This document shows, one piece after another, positions 10,252-21,717 of a DNA stretch of 64,000 nucleotides (position 1 is the first letter of the stretch; every line of letters starts with the position of its first letter). The notes beneath the pieces were generated by a model. It was not told the origin of the DNA, ran no database searches, and saw only the letters and a list, made by a program, of their open reading frames with translations. Both the position numbers and the translations under genes were made by a program. Source of the DNA: Corallochytrium limacisporum Hawaii (Eukaryota; Protista; Pluriformea); the NCBI GenBank assembly GCA_002811645.1, contig PDIP01000034.1, forward strand, positions 62,001-126,000, read 5' to 3'.

Positions 10252-11334
10252 ATGCTAATACGGTCTATTCTTCCGCGGCTTGGTCGTCAGATCGAGACCA
10301 CCGCCGCGTTTCGAGTTCGTAGATCTGCTGGGTGGCCGCAACAGAGACGCTCCAAGTGTTCATTTGTTTTTGATATCGATGGAGTGCTGGTTCGTGGTCA
10401 TGATCCTATTCCTCGAGCCCGGGATGCTTTGATCATGGTTAAGGAGCATCAGTGCCCGTTCATTTTGCTGACAAACGGAGGCGGTGTGACAGAAGGGGAG
10501 AAAGCAGAGCAAATCAGTCGCTATCTGGACGTGGAGATCACTCCCGAACAGGTAGTACAATCTCATACACCCATGCAGATGTACACAAAATACTACGACC
10601 ATGATGTCCTTGTACTTGGTCAAGGGAAGATTAAGGAAGTTGCGGAGTCATACGGGTTCCAGAGGGTACATACAATCGAGGACATTCAGGAAGCATATCC
10701 AATCCTCGACTTTGTTGACTTTAAACGACGGCAGGCGGCACCTGGACTGTCCTGGAATGAAGAGTTCCCAACTATCAGGGCCATTTTTGTTATGTCTGAC
10801 CCAATTGCTTGGGAAAGCCATGTGCAGATTATCAGTGACCTCGTCTTCTTCCACGGCAAGCCGCCCAAGGAGCGATTGACTGAAAAGCGCCACTCGGATC
10901 TGCACGAAGTCGACTTGGTCTTCACCAATCCCGACATCATGTGGGCAGCCACCTACTCCTACAACCGCATAGCACAAGGAGCCTTCAGGCAGGCACTTGA
11001 ATCTGTATACAAACTAGTGCACGGGGTGGATCTGCCCTATACACAGTTTGGAAAACCTCACGAATTAACTTACGAATTTGCTGAACGTGTACTTCGTCGG
11101 CAAGGAAGGCGTATGGGAATGAGTGACGAAGAGGTTCGTCGCTCTGTCGTTTACGGTGTCGGGGACAATCCGTTGAGTGATATCCGTGGTGCAAACAATC
11201 GACCCGACATGCGTTCAATTCTGGTGAAAAGTGGAGTCCATTCGAGCCATGAAAATGATCCCCACGATCCTGCAGATTATCTGGTAGAAGATGTGTATGA
11301 GGGCGTAGTCACGGCAATTCAAAGGCATTCATAG
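10252..11334 (+). CDS. HDHD5: HAD-IIA hydrolase, CECR5/HDHD5-like, probably mitochondrial
   Basis: FVFDIDGVLVRG, LLTNGGG, QVVQSHTP, QGAF, FGKP and GVGDNPLSDIRGAN. The first true ATG is at 10252, followed by an Arg-rich presequence-like region. Confidence 0.88.
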   Translation: MLIRSILPRLGRQIETTAAFRVRRSAGWPQQRRSKCSFVFDIDGVLVRGHDPIPRARDALIMVKEHQCPFILLTNGGGVTEGEKAEQISRYLDVEITPEQVVQSHTPMQMYTKYYDHDVLVLGQGKIKEVAESYGFQRVHTIEDIQEAYPILDFVDFKRRQAAPGLSWNEEFPTIRAIFVMSDPIAWESHVQIISDLVFFHGKPPKERLTEKRHSDLHEVDLVFTNPDIMWAATYSYNRIAQGAFRQALESVYKLVHGVDLPYTQFGKPHELTYEFAERVLRRQGRRMGMSDEEVRRSVVYGVGDNPLSDIRGANNRPDMRSILVKSGVHSSHENDPHDPADYLVEDVYEGVVTAIQRHS

Positions 11335-11438
11335 ACACCGAATTGAATTGAAACCTGTATGTAATAAAATGTATTAAATATGTATCACTAATGAAATGTA
11401 TTCTATATTGAATTCAAACACGTAGTACGCGCATGAAT

Positions 11439-13454
11439 TCAATTATTCAAATTGGATGGATCCAAGAGGGGAGTAATCAGTGGAATCGTTGATGCATCAT
11501 CAATTGTCGGTGGCGTTGAGTATTCATCTCCATTAATCATAGCCTTCATAGTGCGCCTGAGGATCTTTCCGCTTCTTGTTTTCGGTAAGCGAGGAAGAAT
11601 GCTGACGTACTTGAAAGCCGCGACGGGTCCAAGTGTATGACGAACCGCGACAATAAGTTCATTCTTGATTGCCTCTTCACTCCTCGATACTCCTTTCTTC
11701 AATACCACAGTTCCGTAGGGCAATTCTCCTTTCAACTTGTCACGGAGGGCAAACACAGCAGCTTCAGCCACATCAGGGTGCTCGCTGAGAATTTCCTCAA
11801 TTTGACCTGTTGACAATCTGTGGCCGGCAGTATTGATAATGTCATCGGTTCGCGACATAATGGAAATGTACCCATCTTCGTCCGCCACTCCTGCGTCTCC
11901 AGTACTGAAATAGCCCTCGGTCTTTGTCAAATACTTCTTCACAAAGGCTTCGTCACTTCCCCACAAGGAAAGGACTCCGCTGGGAGGCAATGGAAGCTTT
12001 ACCATGATGTTGCCCAGAACATTGACATCAACCTCGTTGCCATCGTCGTCGAGAATATGTACATTCCATCCTGGTGCTGGTTTACAACTGCTTCCAGGCT
12101 TGTTAGGCATCAACTCGAGGCCAGCAAAGTTACCAATTATACACCAGCCCGTCTCCGACATCCAATAGTGATCAATGACAGGCTTATCGAGAGCGTGGTG
12201 GTAGAACTTGGCCGTATCCGGGTCACAACGTTCACCGGCCACGAATAAGTATTTCAGTCCGGAGAGGTCATAGTTCGCGATCTCCACAGCCTCGGGATCC
12301 TCGCGATAAACAGCCCGCAAGGCAGTCGGCGCCGTGAACATGGTTTTTACCTGATTCTCTTGACAAATACGCCAAAAGACGCCAGCGTCAGGGGTACCGA
12401 CAGGCTTACCTTCGAAGAGAACACTTGTGCTGCCGTTGAGGAGGGGCGCATAACATATATAACTATGGCCTACAGCCCATCCAAGGTCACTGGCAGTGAA
12501 CATGCACTCACCAGGCTTCACGTCATAAATGTTTTCCATGCTCCACTTCATGGCCACTGCATGGCCTCCGTTGTCTCTCACCAGTCCTTTCGGCGTGCCG
12601 GTGGTGCCCGAGGTGTATAACAGATACAGCGGGTCCTCACTGGCCACGGGGGTAGGTGCGCAATTACTGCTCTGACCCGGCACAATTTTTGACCACGCGA
12701 CATCCCGCCCCGGTTTTAACATACCACAGCCTTCTTCACTTACTTGGGCCCGTTCGTAGATCAAACAATGTTCTGGTTGATGCTTCCCGAGATCCAATGC
12801 CTTGTCCAACAGTTCCTTGTAGTTCACGATCCGCCCTGGTTCCACTCCACAGGAAGTTGCCACGACGAGCTTTGGAGAAGCATCATCAATGCGGGTCGAC
12901 AGCTCTTTGGAACCGAATCCACCAAAGACAATACTATGGATAGCTCCAAGACGAGCACTGGCGAGCATGGTGAAGATTGATTCAGGGACAGGAGACATAT
13001 ACATGAGGATACGGTCACCCTTCTTGACGCCGAGCTCTTTCATCGCATTTGCGACTTTACTCACTTCCACCTGCAGCTCACTGTACGTGTAAACTTTGCG
13101 ATTGCCAGTGATTGGACTTTCCCACACAAGTGCAGGACGAGAGCCGTTGCCATCCTCCACATGCCGATCCACAGCATTGTAGCAGGTGTTCATAATGCCA
13201 CCTGGGAACCATCTGCTGAAAGGCATCGCGGACTCATCCCAGGCCTTCTGTGGTCTCTTGAACCAGGTGATTCCTTCGGCAGCTTTCATCCAGAATTTAT
13301 CCTGTTCTTCGATGGACTCCCGGAATGCCTGTTTGTAAGGTCCTTCGCTACCTGTCTTCATCTGGACAGCGCTCACTTGGACCGAAGCAGCACGGTATTG
13401 CAGCGTCAGGCTAGCCCGGCGAGCTGTCGATGCCCGCGCAGTCGCGGTCACCAT
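11439..13454 (-). CDS. ACSS3: Propionyl-/acyl-CoA synthetase short-chain family (PrpE/ACSS3-like); start uncertain (13499, 13454 or 13361)
   Basis: YTSGTTGTPKG, GHSYICYAPL, GKPVGTPDAG, AGERCDP, DHYW, GHRLST and PKTRSGKILRR. Confidence 0.88.
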   Translation of the reverse strand: MVTATARASTARRASLTLQYRAASVQVSAVQMKTGSEGPYKQAFRESIEEQDKFWMKAAEGITWFKRPQKAWDESAMPFSRWFPGGIMNTCYNAVDRHVEDGNGSRPALVWESPITGNRKVYTYSELQVEVSKVANAMKELGVKKGDRILMYMSPVPESIFTMLASARLGAIHSIVFGGFGSKELSTRIDDASPKLVVATSCGVEPGRIVNYKELLDKALDLGKHQPEHCLIYERAQVSEEGCGMLKPGRDVAWSKIVPGQSSNCAPTPVASEDPLYLLYTSGTTGTPKGLVRDNGGHAVAMKWSMENIYDVKPGECMFTASDLGWAVGHSYICYAPLLNGSTSVLFEGKPVGTPDAGVFWRICQENQVKTMFTAPTALRAVYREDPEAVEIANYDLSGLKYLFVAGERCDPDTAKFYHHALDKPVIDHYWMSETGWCIIGNFAGLELMPNKPGSSCKPAPGWNVHILDDDGNEVDVNVLGNIMVKLPLPPSGVLSLWGSDEAFVKKYLTKTEGYFSTGDAGVADEDGYISIMSRTDDIINTAGHRLSTGQIEEILSEHPDVAEAAVFALRDKLKGELPYGTVVLKKGVSRSEEAIKNELIVAVRHTLGPVAAFKYVSILPRLPKTRSGKILRRTMKAMINGDEYSTPPTIDDASTIPLITPLLDPSNLNN

Positions 13455-14596
13455 TTCCAAAACATTTGACGAAATCATTGTTTCGTACTCAGACATCATG
13501 AGTATGGTATTTCTTGCGCAATGGAACCCTCTAAGGTTTAACAGAGTGACATACGGTCCTTGAACTACCAAGTCGCCCCACAACGAGCGCATCGGGTCGG
13601 GACCAGATCTGCGTTTCAGCCATCTCTGCCACGTCCCAACCACCTCCCTCCCCACCACCCTCTTTCTAGGTTTCTTCCTCCTTTTGGAAAGGGGGAGGCT
13701 ACCCCCCAGGACCCCAACTGATCGGACTCTTCTGCGGTCGTGCCTCTGTGATTTTCTTCAATTTTTATACAAATCTCGTGGACCCTTTGGAGCCCGTGCA
13801 GTAACAAACTGTCACAGTCGCTTTCTCGTTTGTCTCCGCGCGGCCTCTCCCGTTTTCTAACGACCGGTGAAGAAAAACGGCAGAAATTATCCGCTGGAAG
13901 AGGGCTAACAATAGCTCGCGCCAAGGAGAGGCCGGCGAGGGGGTGTACTGCTCACTTGCCTCTGGGCCAAAGTGTGCATTCCACATAGGCCCACCCCTTC
14001 TTACACTGCCGGTACGGTCCTCAGTCGCTGTCCTCGCTTGCAGGGCCTGTCCCAGCATCGGGGAATAAGGATTTATTCACCGCACAGATACTTTGTTCGC
14101 AGTAGCAGCACCAAGTGGCAGCTTCTTCCTAAGTAGTCAATGATGACAGGATTTTCCCCTTTGGACTAGGGGCTGAAGTGGAACGGCGAAGCATTTTCGG
14201 GCAAAGTATATCAAAAGCAGGGTCGATACCCCGCCAATATGTGTTCTATATACGGGCTGGACCAGGGCAGGGTGTTTTGTTTTGGTCTACGGGTGCGCCG
14301 CAACTTTTAGCTGGATCCGTCTGCCCGGGAACACTATTGTAGTTTTCAAGTGTTTCGAGTGGGTGTGCAAGGGGGTGTGCGCTCACGTAGAGCATACCTC
14401 AGTTTTGCTGTCCTTTTTGGACGCCACATTAACAAACTACAGGAGATGGTCAAAACACGATTTTCTTCAAATGTCGCAGTATGTAATGGAACGTATTCAA
14501 ACGGAACGCAGATGACAAGTATCCGAGTTAGCGGACATCAGGCCTATAATTCGGTGGTAAAGTTGCGGGACGGTTTGTTCATTTTGCTTGGAAAGT

Positions 14597-15274
14597 ATGA
14601 TGGGCCTGCTCCTGGCCATTGTTGCCGTGCTTTGTAGCTGCAGCCTTGTGTGGAGTGCCGAAACCGCACTTACCTTCAACCTGATGAAGAGTGATATGAC
14701 ATGTTTCCACGAAGAAGTAGAAAAGTTAGCTGTTCTGGATGTAGAGTTTCAGGTTGTATCGGGGGGTGAACTCGACATCAATTTTCTCGTATACGATCCT
14801 GCAGGCAAGCTTATCGAGGAGTATGAGAACGTCAATGATGGAGAATTTGATTACACTGCCACTGCTGAGGGTGAGTACTTGTATTGCTTTAGCAACATAA
14901 AGCGCAGCAGTGCTGACAAGTGGGTCTTCTTTGATGCCGGAGTAAATCGTGCTGCGGACTACCAAAAGTGGAGCAAAGTTGAGGGAGCTATAAAGGATAC
15001 CCAGGAGGATCAGAAGCAGAAGAAAGTGATCGAAAGCATCGACAAGATCAAGGTTAGTCTGCGGGAAGCAATCCATACGCAAAGTTATCTGCAAAAGCGT
15101 GAAGTACGCCATCGCAAGACTGCTGAGAACACAAATGGCCGTGTGCAATTCTGGAGTGCACTGCACACGATCATCATGGTTTCTGTTGCAGTGGGTCAGG
15201 TCTTTTTTATCCGCCGCTTCTTCTCAAATCAACAACAGCCCAAGAGCGTCAAGGGATCAGGCTTGTCAATTTAG
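14597..15274 (+). CDS. p24/TMED (emp24/gp25L) cargo receptor
   Basis: Signal peptide, GOLD domain (CFHEEV...GEYLYCFSN), coiled coil, RVQFWS, TM helix and RRFF tail. Confidence 0.93.
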   Translation: MMGLLLAIVAVLCSCSLVWSAETALTFNLMKSDMTCFHEEVEKLAVLDVEFQVVSGGELDINFLVYDPAGKLIEEYENVNDGEFDYTATAEGEYLYCFSNIKRSSADKWVFFDAGVNRAADYQKWSKVEGAIKDTQEDQKQKKVIESIDKIKVSLREAIHTQSYLQKREVRHRKTAENTNGRVQFWSALHTIIMVSVAVGQVFFIRRFFSNQQQPKSVKGSGLSI

Positions 15275-15972
15275 GCTAGTTGGTCCGTCGCAAGAAAAAA
15301 CCATCTCAAAATAGAAATCGTTGAAACAAGATAGTCTCATTTTTGCATGGCAATTGGTGTTATCTAGGGATGTATGCATTAGAACGTGTCGCTTTAGCGG
15401 CCCGGCAATGGTCTACCATTCACATACGCATGGCGATCCGCCCATTGTACCCCGTCCCCTCTCCCCCCTTCCCTCGGCGGGGTGCGAGGGGTAGCAATGC
15501 CACCGATGTGATCTTCCCGACTGAGACTACGTAGAGGAAACTGTTTCCCCCCGGGGGGGGGGGTTCATACTGTGAGTATACTGTGTTGTATCTCCCTACC
15601 TGTTGTGTAGGTGTTGTAAAGTTTTTCTTCGGGAATAAACTGAGAAGCTTGAAGAAAAATTTAATTTTGACATGTCAGGTTGTTGGGGCCATCTTGAAGT
15701 TTTGGGTATTTGCAATACTACAGATATTGAAACAATCACAATTTTGAAATGGGAAGCCCCAAGACCAGAGAGAGGGCGATATTGAACGGAAGCGATCTTC
15801 ACTGCTAGAGCGGGTCTCCCTGGTTGCGTGGCGCGTCTTAATCGGACCAGTTGGATAGCCCATACTTGAAACAAAGAGTAGGTATTTAACGCGCCCACTC
15901 CAATGCTATGTTGAGTTCAATTTTTTCAGCGTCTGTCAGACAGTTTTAGTAATCCACATATACAAGAACAGC

Positions 15973-16497
15973 ATGGATATGAAAATCGGCAACCATTGCG
16001 CTGTGTCGCATTGCAATCAGCTGGACTTCTTACCGTACAAGTGTGACGCTTGCAGTTTAACCCATTGTCATGATCACCACAGGTATGATGCACACAACTG
16101 TGAAAAGGCTTACTTGAAGAACAAGAAGGCTGCTGTGTGTCCTATTTGTAACGAAGTAGTACCTCAGAAAGCAGGACAAGCTCCTGACGCAGCCGTGGAT
16201 CAACACATTGCAGCCGGCTGCAAGAACCAACCGCAGAAGCAAACATATACGAATGCGTGTAGTCATCAAGGCTGCAAGAAACGTGAAGCTGTACCCATCA
16301 AGTGTGCAACATGCCGCCAGCAGTATTGTTTGAAACATAGGTTTGAAAACGATCACGCCTGCAAGGGATCACCGCAAGCAGGACGACGCCTGGGTGGAGC
16401 ATCCGGGTCGGCAAACTGCCGACAATCCTACGGCGGAACTCAGGTAACCCTGGGGGATAGAGCCAAGAAGGTAGCTAGATGGTTCGATGTCAAGTAA
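15973..16497 (+). CDS. AN1-type zinc finger protein, ZFAND2/AIRAP-like
   Basis: IGNHCAVSHCNQLDFLPYKCDAC...HCHDH...HNC, a middle CPIC...H...C finger and a second AN1 finger (YCLKHRFENDHAC). Confidence 0.9.
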   Translation: MDMKIGNHCAVSHCNQLDFLPYKCDACSLTHCHDHHRYDAHNCEKAYLKNKKAAVCPICNEVVPQKAGQAPDAAVDQHIAAGCKNQPQKQTYTNACSHQGCKKREAVPIKCATCRQQYCLKHRFENDHACKGSPQAGRRLGGASGSANCRQSYGGTQVTLGDRAKKVARWFDVK

Positions 16498-16769
16498 GAT
16501 AGTGTGTTGTTCTGCCAAAGGTTCAGTAGATTCTGACCCCCAACTTGAAACTTTCCATATTCCATTTTCGTGAGCAACAGGCCAGTAAGCAAGCAAGAGA
16601 TCAATGTGTTCTATGTTAAGAAACCTGACATGTAACGTCCGAGGTACAGTAAGTAAAGAATTACCGGACAAAGAGGGATCCACCTTGTAGCAAAAGACTA
16701 GTACCATGTACCATTTAAAGAAGGAATATACAATGATAGGATTTTTTAGTACACTATACAATCAAGTTA

Positions 16770-18398
16770 TCAGATCTTGTGCTTAGTGGAGTACTTCAAG
16801 CGCAAGGCATCACCGATACGATCCATCTTCTCCAGGATGCTAATAATATCGTCATCTGTGTGGGCTGCGGATAGACAGAATCGAATGCGCGACGAAATGA
16901 TAGGAGTTGCGGGAAATCCCACGACGACCACACCGAGGCCTTCCTCAAGCAACAGACGACTTGTGGCTGCAATCTTGGCCGGGTGATAAATCATTGCAGG
17001 TACAATGGGACTATCGTCATTACCATACACAATGAATCCGAGGTTGCGAAGACCGGTACGGAACTGCTTCACGTTCTTCTTGAGTTGCATCAAACGTTTC
17101 TGCCCCTCGTCGGTGTTGTCCCAGCCGGCAATAATAGTGAGTGAGCTAATAATCTGCTGGCAGACGGCAGGAGCCATCGAAGTCGCATACACGTAGGCGT
17201 GAGTGGTGTTTCGGAGAGACTGAATCAAGCGTTTCGGTCCAGCAATATAGCCTCCTGAAGCACCGAAACTCTTTGTAAAGGTACCCATCATAATGTCAAC
17301 GTCCTTTGGATCCACTCCCCAGTACTCAGTCACACCGCGTCCTGTGTGGCCCAGTGCACCAATACTGTGCGCCTCATCGAGGTACACGTAGAATTTGTAC
17401 TTTTTCTTCAGCTCAATGATGTCCCTGAGCCTGACAATGCTACCCTCCATACTATAGATACCCTCAACAATGACCAAGATCTTCTTCCAGGGCCGGTGAG
17501 TACGTGGCTGCCCATTTACAATACTTTCCCTCAGAATCCGTTCGAGCTCACACATATCATTGTGGCGATAGGTCTTAATCGTAGCACCGCTTAAGCGGGC
17601 ACCTAGAACTACGCTGGCATGATTGTTAGCGTCACTAATAATCAGAGATCCCTTTGAAACAAGGGCAGGGATGGTTGTAGAATTCGTGGCGAAGCCCATG
17701 CCAGTAACAATAGCATCCTCACAACCAAGATATTTGGCAGTCACGCGCTCCACCTCCTCATGAACGGATAGAGATCCGGAATCGTCAGCCCGAGGAGCAG
17801 CAGTGCTAATACCGTACTTGCGGATGGCAGTCTCCACGTCGTCAGTGCACTTTCCGTGGTTCTCACCGAAGCCGAGGTAGTTGTAAGAACCCAAGTTCAA
17901 AACTTTGGTACGGGTACCAGTCTCCCTGAAGGTCCAGCCAAAATCGGTCGTTTCGCGGTCGACCAATTCAATGTGGCGCCCTGGTACACTAGAGATGGGA
18001 CGGTTGAAAACGTCGCGAATTCTACGGTACAAGTGACGAGTGAAGAAAGATTCGAAGTCCGCATAGAGTGGGACAAAGCCTTCATGACCAACTTCCTTGG
18101 GCCGCCTACTCTTCCGGAGGCCGAGGGCAGTCAAAAGGTCCGTGAGGTGACCCAATGCAATAAGCACAGCATATCCCAGATACGTCATAACAATTACGCC
18201 GAGGGGAGCCTCCTCAAAGTCTTCCTGGTAGGCTGCTTCCACATGATCCTCGATGCTATGCTTGCTCTTGAGAAAATTCTCTTGAATGCGACGACGGTCC
18301 CATGTTCCGGTTCGCCGATGCGTCCGAGAGCTGACCGTCAGGTGATTCTTCCTCGGCGTGGCCGAGAGCGTCTCAACAACAGTGCCAGTGGCGGACAT
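16770..18398 (-). CDS. SPTLC2: Serine palmitoyltransferase catalytic subunit LCB2
   Basis: NLGSYNYLGF, EGIYSMEG, LDEAHSIGA, GTFTKSFG (PLP lysine) and VVVGFPATP. Confidence 0.96.
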   Translation of the reverse strand: MSATGTVVETLSATPRKNHLTVSSRTHRRTGTWDRRRIQENFLKSKHSIEDHVEAAYQEDFEEAPLGVIVMTYLGYAVLIALGHLTDLLTALGLRKSRRPKEVGHEGFVPLYADFESFFTRHLYRRIRDVFNRPISSVPGRHIELVDRETTDFGWTFRETGTRTKVLNLGSYNYLGFGENHGKCTDDVETAIRKYGISTAAPRADDSGSLSVHEEVERVTAKYLGCEDAIVTGMGFATNSTTIPALVSKGSLIISDANNHASVVLGARLSGATIKTYRHNDMCELERILRESIVNGQPRTHRPWKKILVIVEGIYSMEGSIVRLRDIIELKKKYKFYVYLDEAHSIGALGHTGRGVTEYWGVDPKDVDIMMGTFTKSFGASGGYIAGPKRLIQSLRNTTHAYVYATSMAPAVCQQIISSLTIIAGWDNTDEGQKRLMQLKKNVKQFRTGLRNLGFIVYGNDDSPIVPAMIYHPAKIAATSRLLLEEGLGVVVVGFPATPIISSRIRFCLSAAHTDDDIISILEKMDRIGDALRLKYSTKHKI

Positions 18399-18424
18399 GT
18401 TGCAAAGGGACTCCTTTGTAAGGC

Positions 18425-18540
18425 CTAGATGTATGTTTCAATGTAGACTGTATGGCTTATCCGATCTATACCCGGTTCATTCACACTGTCGCGGTTCTCT
18501 GTGTTCGCTCTTTCTTATTGTCATGCCGCCACCAATTCAC
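18425..18540 (-). other. Candidate 5'-UTR intron of SPTLC2
   Basis: CAG|GTGAAT donor at 18540 and ATCTAG acceptor at 18425, 26 nt before the ATG; branch point weak. Confidence 0.45.
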
Positions 18541-21500
18541 CTGAAGTAACCACACAATCGTTAATAGCTGCTTAAATCGTGTCATAGGCGCCAAAAAGCG
18601 CGCCGTTGAATCCAACCCAGTAAAAACACAGTCTTTATCAACTCTCTTTATCGCACCATCCGACCTATGGGCGTACTTCCGAAGCCAAAACGAGTATTCA
18701 AAAAGCCAAAGAACAAAGAGTAAGCGTTCGCGTTTGATGTCACTGACACCTTTGGTGCTCTTGATTGCGGCGGGCGTGTGCGTGCTTGTTGGTATCAAGG
18801 ATCAGCAAATTCACAGAACTTGCAAATGACAAAATGGTCTGACCGCGGGATTCAGCCCGCATCGACCCATGGTTCCCGAAAACTTTCTCCTTACGCACGC
18901 GTTTGGCCCACATGCTGGAGGTTAATGCGCAGTCTCTCACTATAGTTTCAGTATGAAATCCTTTACGGGTAAGGAAACTGGTCCACTCGTAAACGATCAG
19001 TGCATTACTGTCCCGCACTCCTTGCTTCCCCCCGTTTCCTCTTTCCAAATTACTTCGCTAGCAGGAGCCAGTTTATACTACATTCTCCCCATACTTTTAA
19101 TATGGAGTAGGCAGGGGAGTGAAAAATTTTCTTTTCACGACAGTGCTGTGTCGATTTCGTTAAGGGACGCTGACACAGAGACATGAGAGCTTTGCAGAAA
19201 TGTGAGAGCACGAAACATCAGCAGAGCAAGATACTATACTTGGGCCGCTTCTTGTTATGTACAATTTCTTCACACACTTTCCCCCCAAATTCGCCTTGCT
19301 TCCTGTCGCATCTTCCTTACTGCCGCCATTTCTTTCCCAAGGAAGCGAATGCCACAAAAACCATATAGTTTCTACTGGTTCGTGCTGACAGAGAGGCCAT
19401 TTCCTCCACTACATTTCCGGGTACTTTACGGTCCAATTTCCCTCCTAACGTTTCGTCCTCTGCCCCCGAATTTCTCCGTACATACAGCCCACAGTACCCG
19501 ATGGCCTGAGATCTGAAAACCCGTGGGGTTTACCACTTCCGAAAGGGTATGGCTGAGAGATGTACCAGTGCATAACGCAGTGGCCCACGCGCAACGCGCT
19601 TAGCTAGCTAGCCTTGTCCAATCTTTTCGCTCCTATTTCACACACTCCTGCAGAGAGCCTTTTACAAACTACCGGGCGGGTGCCCTTCCCTCCGTCATTC
19701 ACACTGTTCATCAATGTTATTCCCCTTTTGCTTTTTCCTTCTGCGGATCAGTCGCTGTCATCGTGTGCTCACGGGGTGTGTTTGTTTCACGGTCTCTGTC
19801 CTCTCCTCAGTGAACACTTGGTAATAACGCAATACAGCAAATCATCTGCGTGTGTGCTCAGCAACCGCTCACGCACTAAAGGAGGACATCATCAACGCAC
19901 AACGCCGTATAGATCGCACTGGGCCTGATATAGTTAGTGAGCCCGTCATGTGTGCTTCAGCAGGTGCTGCTAGGAACTGGGCTGCTCTGTTGGTCCCGGT
20001 TATAGATTTTGTATGTCGCCCGCCTCCCCTTCCCGCCCCTGTTATTTTTTTTCTCTGAAGTGCAGTATTTGGTCTCGGTCAGGAAAAAAAAAGAAAGACT
20101 GTGGGCAGGCAGGTGGGCCATTTCCCAGAACGGGCCTATCAGTACTACCATTTGGACTTAAATGACAAGCCGTACGATACCCTCCTTGATAATGCTTAGA
20201 CAGTCTCCTGAGCGCGACAATGAAAAACACAGTAGCACAGATGATTTTCACAGGAGGTAGGATCCGTTGTCGATGTTGTTTTGATTTTTCTTCAGGATTA
20301 TCATACAGATCGCTGGTGACATGTCTCACTGGGAGCCATCCGTCTAAGGATGACTTGCCTTCGTAGAGAACTCAGAGGGTATTGCTAAAGAAGCTTCTAG
20401 GAAAGAAAAACTTGGCAGCTCCCGGGTACCGAAGGAACAGAGCTGCCCAACTTGCTCACCCTGAATTGGCTCACTACCGGAACTCAATGAACACACGCAC
20501 GCCCCGTGATCCTGTGTGGTTGCCTGGGTGGCCGCCACTCGCTTCCTTTTATTGGGGTTCAAGTAACGATGTGAACAGTCATTTTGCCGCAGTCGGATGA
20601 ATAGAGTCAAATCCGTCGGTTGGGGGAAGGGGTGTCGCGGGCGGAATTGCTGAATGTTGGTGCATTGGCTATGGACACCAAAATGGCGGGAGAATTGTAC
20701 CATGCAAGATTACCACCGGGAGGGAGGGGAGAGGGGATGTGGAGAGTGTGGGAGTGAAATCATCACACTAATCTCCAGTACGTTCACTATGGGGCTAAGG
20801 TGCTTTCTTGCATTGGATGATGGCCCAAAGGGCCCCTTTTCTCCGTTTGTACTTTTCATTCCCTCCAGGGGCGTGCTTTTGGCTGGCCCTCTTATGCGGG
20901 TCAAGCGCGGAATACACTCACCTCCCATCCGAACCGTCTGCTGACTAACCGAACTTGTCGCTATATTCATTATGTAAGGGAGTATCCCACGGAAATTGGA
21001 GCGCTTTGTGGTTCGCTTCAGTGACTTCCATTCGCTCGAAGATATTGAACACTTCACTGTAGAAACACACCAACTTGTCAGTAGCCATGGCTCGGCATCA
21101 TGCGCACAGGGTTCCGCTTTCTGTTTGCGACCTCTCCTGCATTGAAATTGAATATTAAAAGCAATGTCGAAGTGGGTGTCAGATTAGGGCTTGGGGGGTT
21201 AGTTCCTCACATGTTTTGGAAGCAAATATAACTGAACACCTTATTAGAGCACCAATAGTATTTAAAAAATAATCAAATACATCTTCCCGTTGTTTTTAAA
21301 AACTGAGATATGGGGAAAAGGGGGGGGGGGCTCGCAAGCATCAGCTCGAAAGTGTGCGGTGTGATAAGCTTCGGTAGAAGTGAAAGCCTTGCTCGATCGC
21401 AAGACAAGTCTAACGAGGTCCAGAACCAACTCCTGAGCGAGCATGTAATAGGAGGTTTGGATTCATTTAATATGTCTACTATCTGATACCGAAGACAATG

Positions 21501-21717
21501 CGCACGGGAGCATTCAAGCGGCCAGCCCACGTATCAATACCTGACACAGGAATGGAAGGATATCTCCGGTTATTCAGTGCAAACCGATACAACACAAGAG
21601 GCTGAAATACCACGAGGAGGAATCCAATTTTCGTTCCAAACATAACAATCAATCTGGGCACACGAAATTCCCCTTCGTGATGCGAACTGGTCATGTAATG
21701 TGGTCTGTCTTATGTTG

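Noticed and set aside
13531-13554. 24-nt GT-AG micro-intron in the acyl-CoA synthetase leader
   Set aside because: Far shorter than the other candidate introns (mostly about 60 nt or longer) and unsupported.
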